Assembly: GCA_964549075.1 (NCBI GenBank)
Contig: CAZJUB010000051.1
Location: forward strand, 1 to 18,662
Length of the DNA: 18,662 nt
Origin: an uncultured archaeon
GTDB taxonomy: Archaea; Asgardarchaeota; Heimdallarchaeia; Heimdallarchaeales; Heimdallarchaeaceae
Reading direction: 5' to 3'
Shown: positions 16,785 to 18,662 of the stretch, piece by piece
Layout: the number at the start of each line of letters is the position of its first letter
Numbering within the stretch: position 1 is the first letter of the stretch
Translations under genes and position numbers: made by a program
The notes under the pieces: model-generated
Seen by the model: the letters and a program-made list of their open reading frames with translations, nothing else
What the model was told of the DNA's origin: nothing
Database searches by the model: none

Positions 16785-16790
16785 TTTATA
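16785..16790 (-). promoter_or_regulatory. TATA box of the leaderless MBL transcript
   Basis: Minus-strand TATAAA 22 nt upstream of the ATG, with no RBS in between. Confidence 0.5.
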
Positions 16791-16934
16791 TCTCTAGCTA
16801 CGAAACATGGATGCAACCAAAAAGCAACCAAGTAAAATAATTGATGTTAATGTGATTGATAAAAGTTATTCTATTTTGTTTATGGTAGAGAATCCTTTAT
16901 TTAGAAGGAAAGCTAATTTTGATTGGTGATAAAA

Positions 16935-17024
16935 CTGCCAAAAGTCCAAGTTAGAGGTCATTTAAGGAGAACAAAATCAGGTAAAAGAGTAAGGGTGAAA
17001 GCTCACAAAAGAAAAAAAAGATGA
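16935..17024 (+). CDS. Unannotated 29-aa hyper-basic micro-protein (M)PKVQVRGHLRRTKSGKRVRVKAHKRKKR
   Basis: GGTGA at 16925-16929, CTG 5 nt later (in-frame TTG 16923 and GTG 16926 are alternative starts), and a triple stop TGA TAA TAA. 14 of 29 residues are K/R and none are acidic. Internal repeat VxV[RK][GA]HxR. Confidence 0.7.
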   Translation: MPKVQVRGHLRRTKSGKRVRVKAHKRKKR

Positions 17025-17118
17025 TAATAAACAACTTCCACCAAGATTTCTTCTGTAAATTCATTTTGACGCAAACTAATTTAAATGCTCTAGACAAACG
17101 TTAATAGTAGCATAAGAG

Positions 17119-18561
17119 GTGTATAAATTGAAAAAAACACTTGCTTATTTTCTAATATTTTCACTGATGTTTTATTCTAATGCTCTAAAGATTCAATCTC
17201 AATTCAATGATATATCAACAGATGAGTCTAGTTTAAAATTAGATTATCCAATTAATAATTTGAAACTTAATTATGAGGAACATGATCCAATAATGATTTT
17301 TGATGATAGCGATCTTTCAGCAGAATCTTCTGAAGGAGATGGTTCAGAAGAGTTTCCCTATATCATTGAAGGATGGAGGATAGGTCCTGGAATAGAAATT
17401 GGAATAGAAATAAGAAGTACAACCAAATCATTCGTTATAAGAAACTGCTGGATTGAAGGAAGTTCAGAAGGTATCCACGTTGAATATACTGAAACTTCAA
17501 CAATTAATATAACAAATAATGTAATAATTAACAATGCATTTCAAGGGATATATATACGTGATTCCACAGCTTCTACAACTTTAGTAACTGATAATATCTG
17601 TAATTTCAATGGTAATGGTATTATTCTTCGTGACACTCTTGACGTTGAAGTGCGAAATAATACTTGTAATAACAACGGAGCTAATGGTATTGATTTATCT
17701 AATACTCTAGTTGATACAGTTCTAAACAATACCTGTAATTATAATCAAGAAAGCGGTATATATGCATATGAATCTGAGTGGTACCCTAGTTATAGTGAAA
17801 ATATCTGCATAGGAAATGAAGAATATGGCATTTTTCTTGCTATGACTGGTAGTTATGGGGAAATTCTAGATAATTACTGCAAAGATAATAGTATCAGTGG
17901 AATGTATTTAGAAGCAGCTTGGCATAATCTTATTTCTGAAAACATTTTCTTCAATAATACAAACTACGGCCTAGAATTGAATAATGCAGCAAGTTTTAAT
18001 GATGTTCATCACAATTATTTTTATTTCAATAACCTAGGGGGGACTTCTCAAGCACTCGATGAAGGTTCTTCAAATACATGGTATGAGACTGGAACTAGTG
18101 AAGGAAACTATTGGAAAAATTGGTATAATGGAGTCTATCCTATAGATGGTACGGCAGGCAAGTATGATCTCTACCCGCTAGATTTAGATCCTCCTGAAAT
18201 TACCTCTGTTGCTGATATAGAATATATTCATGGAGAAATAGGAAATATTATTCAATGGAACGTATCGGATTTAAATCCTACAATATATTTTGTTTACAAA
18301 GACTTTGTAGAGATTCATTCTGGATCTTGGTCAAATGACGTTCCAATAATAGTTCTTGTGGATGGACTTGAAATTGGTACTTACTATTATCAACTTTTCA
18401 TACTTGATGGATTGAATCGTTCTTCTCTTGATACAGTGATTGTAACAGTAGCTGCTGGGATAAGTGAATTCAACAGTATTACAATAATAACTCTGCTTAT
18501 AGTTCCTATTATAGCGTCAATATATTTCTATAAGAAAAATAAGAAAGTTAATAATCTCTAG
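17119..18561 (+). CDS. Secreted, membrane-anchored surface protein with a right-handed parallel beta-helix (NosD/CASH), an Ig-like domain and a C-terminal TM anchor
   Basis: Signal peptide, HDPI...GDGS..FPYIIEG cap, repeated 'N.C..N..GI.L' coils, GNYW...Y.IDG.AG..DLYPL, Ig-like PPEI...W.VSD.NP...GL..GTY.Y...D.V.VTV, and ISEF + TM + KKNKK. Confidence 0.88.
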   Translation: MYKLKKTLAYFLIFSLMFYSNALKIQSQFNDISTDESSLKLDYPINNLKLNYEEHDPIMIFDDSDLSAESSEGDGSEEFPYIIEGWRIGPGIEIGIEIRSTTKSFVIRNCWIEGSSEGIHVEYTETSTINITNNVIINNAFQGIYIRDSTASTTLVTDNICNFNGNGIILRDTLDVEVRNNTCNNNGANGIDLSNTLVDTVLNNTCNYNQESGIYAYESEWYPSYSENICIGNEEYGIFLAMTGSYGEILDNYCKDNSISGMYLEAAWHNLISENIFFNNTNYGLELNNAASFNDVHHNYFYFNNLGGTSQALDEGSSNTWYETGTSEGNYWKNWYNGVYPIDGTAGKYDLYPLDLDPPEITSVADIEYIHGEIGNIIQWNVSDLNPTIYFVYKDFVEIHSGSWSNDVPIIVLVDGLEIGTYYYQLFILDGLNRSSLDTVIVTVAAGISEFNSITIITLLIVPIIASIYFYKKNKKVNNL

Positions 18562-18600
18562 ATATCAAATAGAACCAATTAATCAATAAAAGTGATATAA

Positions 18601-18662
18601 ATGCCAGTCGTACAAGTACAAATGTGGGAAGGAAGGACAGAAGAACAAATAAAGGAAATAAT
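18601..18662 (+). CDS. 4-oxalocrotonate tautomerase family protein (5' part; runs off the window)
   Basis: MPVVQVQMWEGRTEEQIKEI: catalytic Pro-1 and the GRT.EQ motif (Arg-11). Confidence 0.85.
   Translation, partial: MPVVQVQMWEGRTEEQIKEI

Noticed and set aside
1093-17729. Remaining short ORFs in the track (1093, 3066, 3615, 4092, 4465, 5080, 8478, 10952, 11582, 12072, 12507, 16316, 17541)
   Set aside because: All overlap well-supported longer genes on the opposite strand or in another frame and show no motifs.
1-18662. CRISPR array, IS/transposase, integrase, rRNA, tRNA or defence-system genes
   Set aside because: No regularly spaced repeats, terminal inverted repeats, recombinase or nuclease motifs, or GC-rich structural RNA blocks were seen.

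Overview
AT-rich, gene-dense window that reads as archaeal, most plausibly Asgard/Heimdallarchaeia-like. This is an inference from GGTGA-type ribosome-binding sites, TATA boxes about 22-28 nt before several leaderless starts, an F420-type LLM enzyme, and a NosD/beta-helix + Ig-like surface protein with an xSEF-TM-basic tail. It is mostly accessory metabolism and transport: a MacB/FtsX-type ABC pair, a 2-oxoacid:ferredoxin oxidoreductase alpha/beta pair, a mycoredoxin-like/thioredoxin reductase fusion, an F420-dependent LLM oxidoreductase, a DUF308 membrane protein, an MFS transporter, NhaA, a nitroreductase, a GNAT-TPR protein, a membrane-anchored MBL hydrolase, the surface protein and the start of a 4-oxalocrotonate tautomerase. 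The most interesting part is 8304-9942. It holds a protein with an unknown N-terminal domain and a clear eukaryote-like PARP-type zinc finger (probable CTG start at 8996, missed by the ORF track). Divergent from it are an unannotated 44-aa hyper-acidic/aromatic micro-protein with a structured leader and a CxxC-x17-CxxC zinc protein. Also missed by the track are a frameshifted second CxxC-x17-CxxC gene (13702-13895) and a 29-aa hyper-basic micro-protein (16935-17024). Several of these genes appear to use near-cognate start codons (CTG, ACG). No tRNA, rRNA, CRISPR array or mobile element was seen. No database searches were run; family calls rest on recognised motifs.
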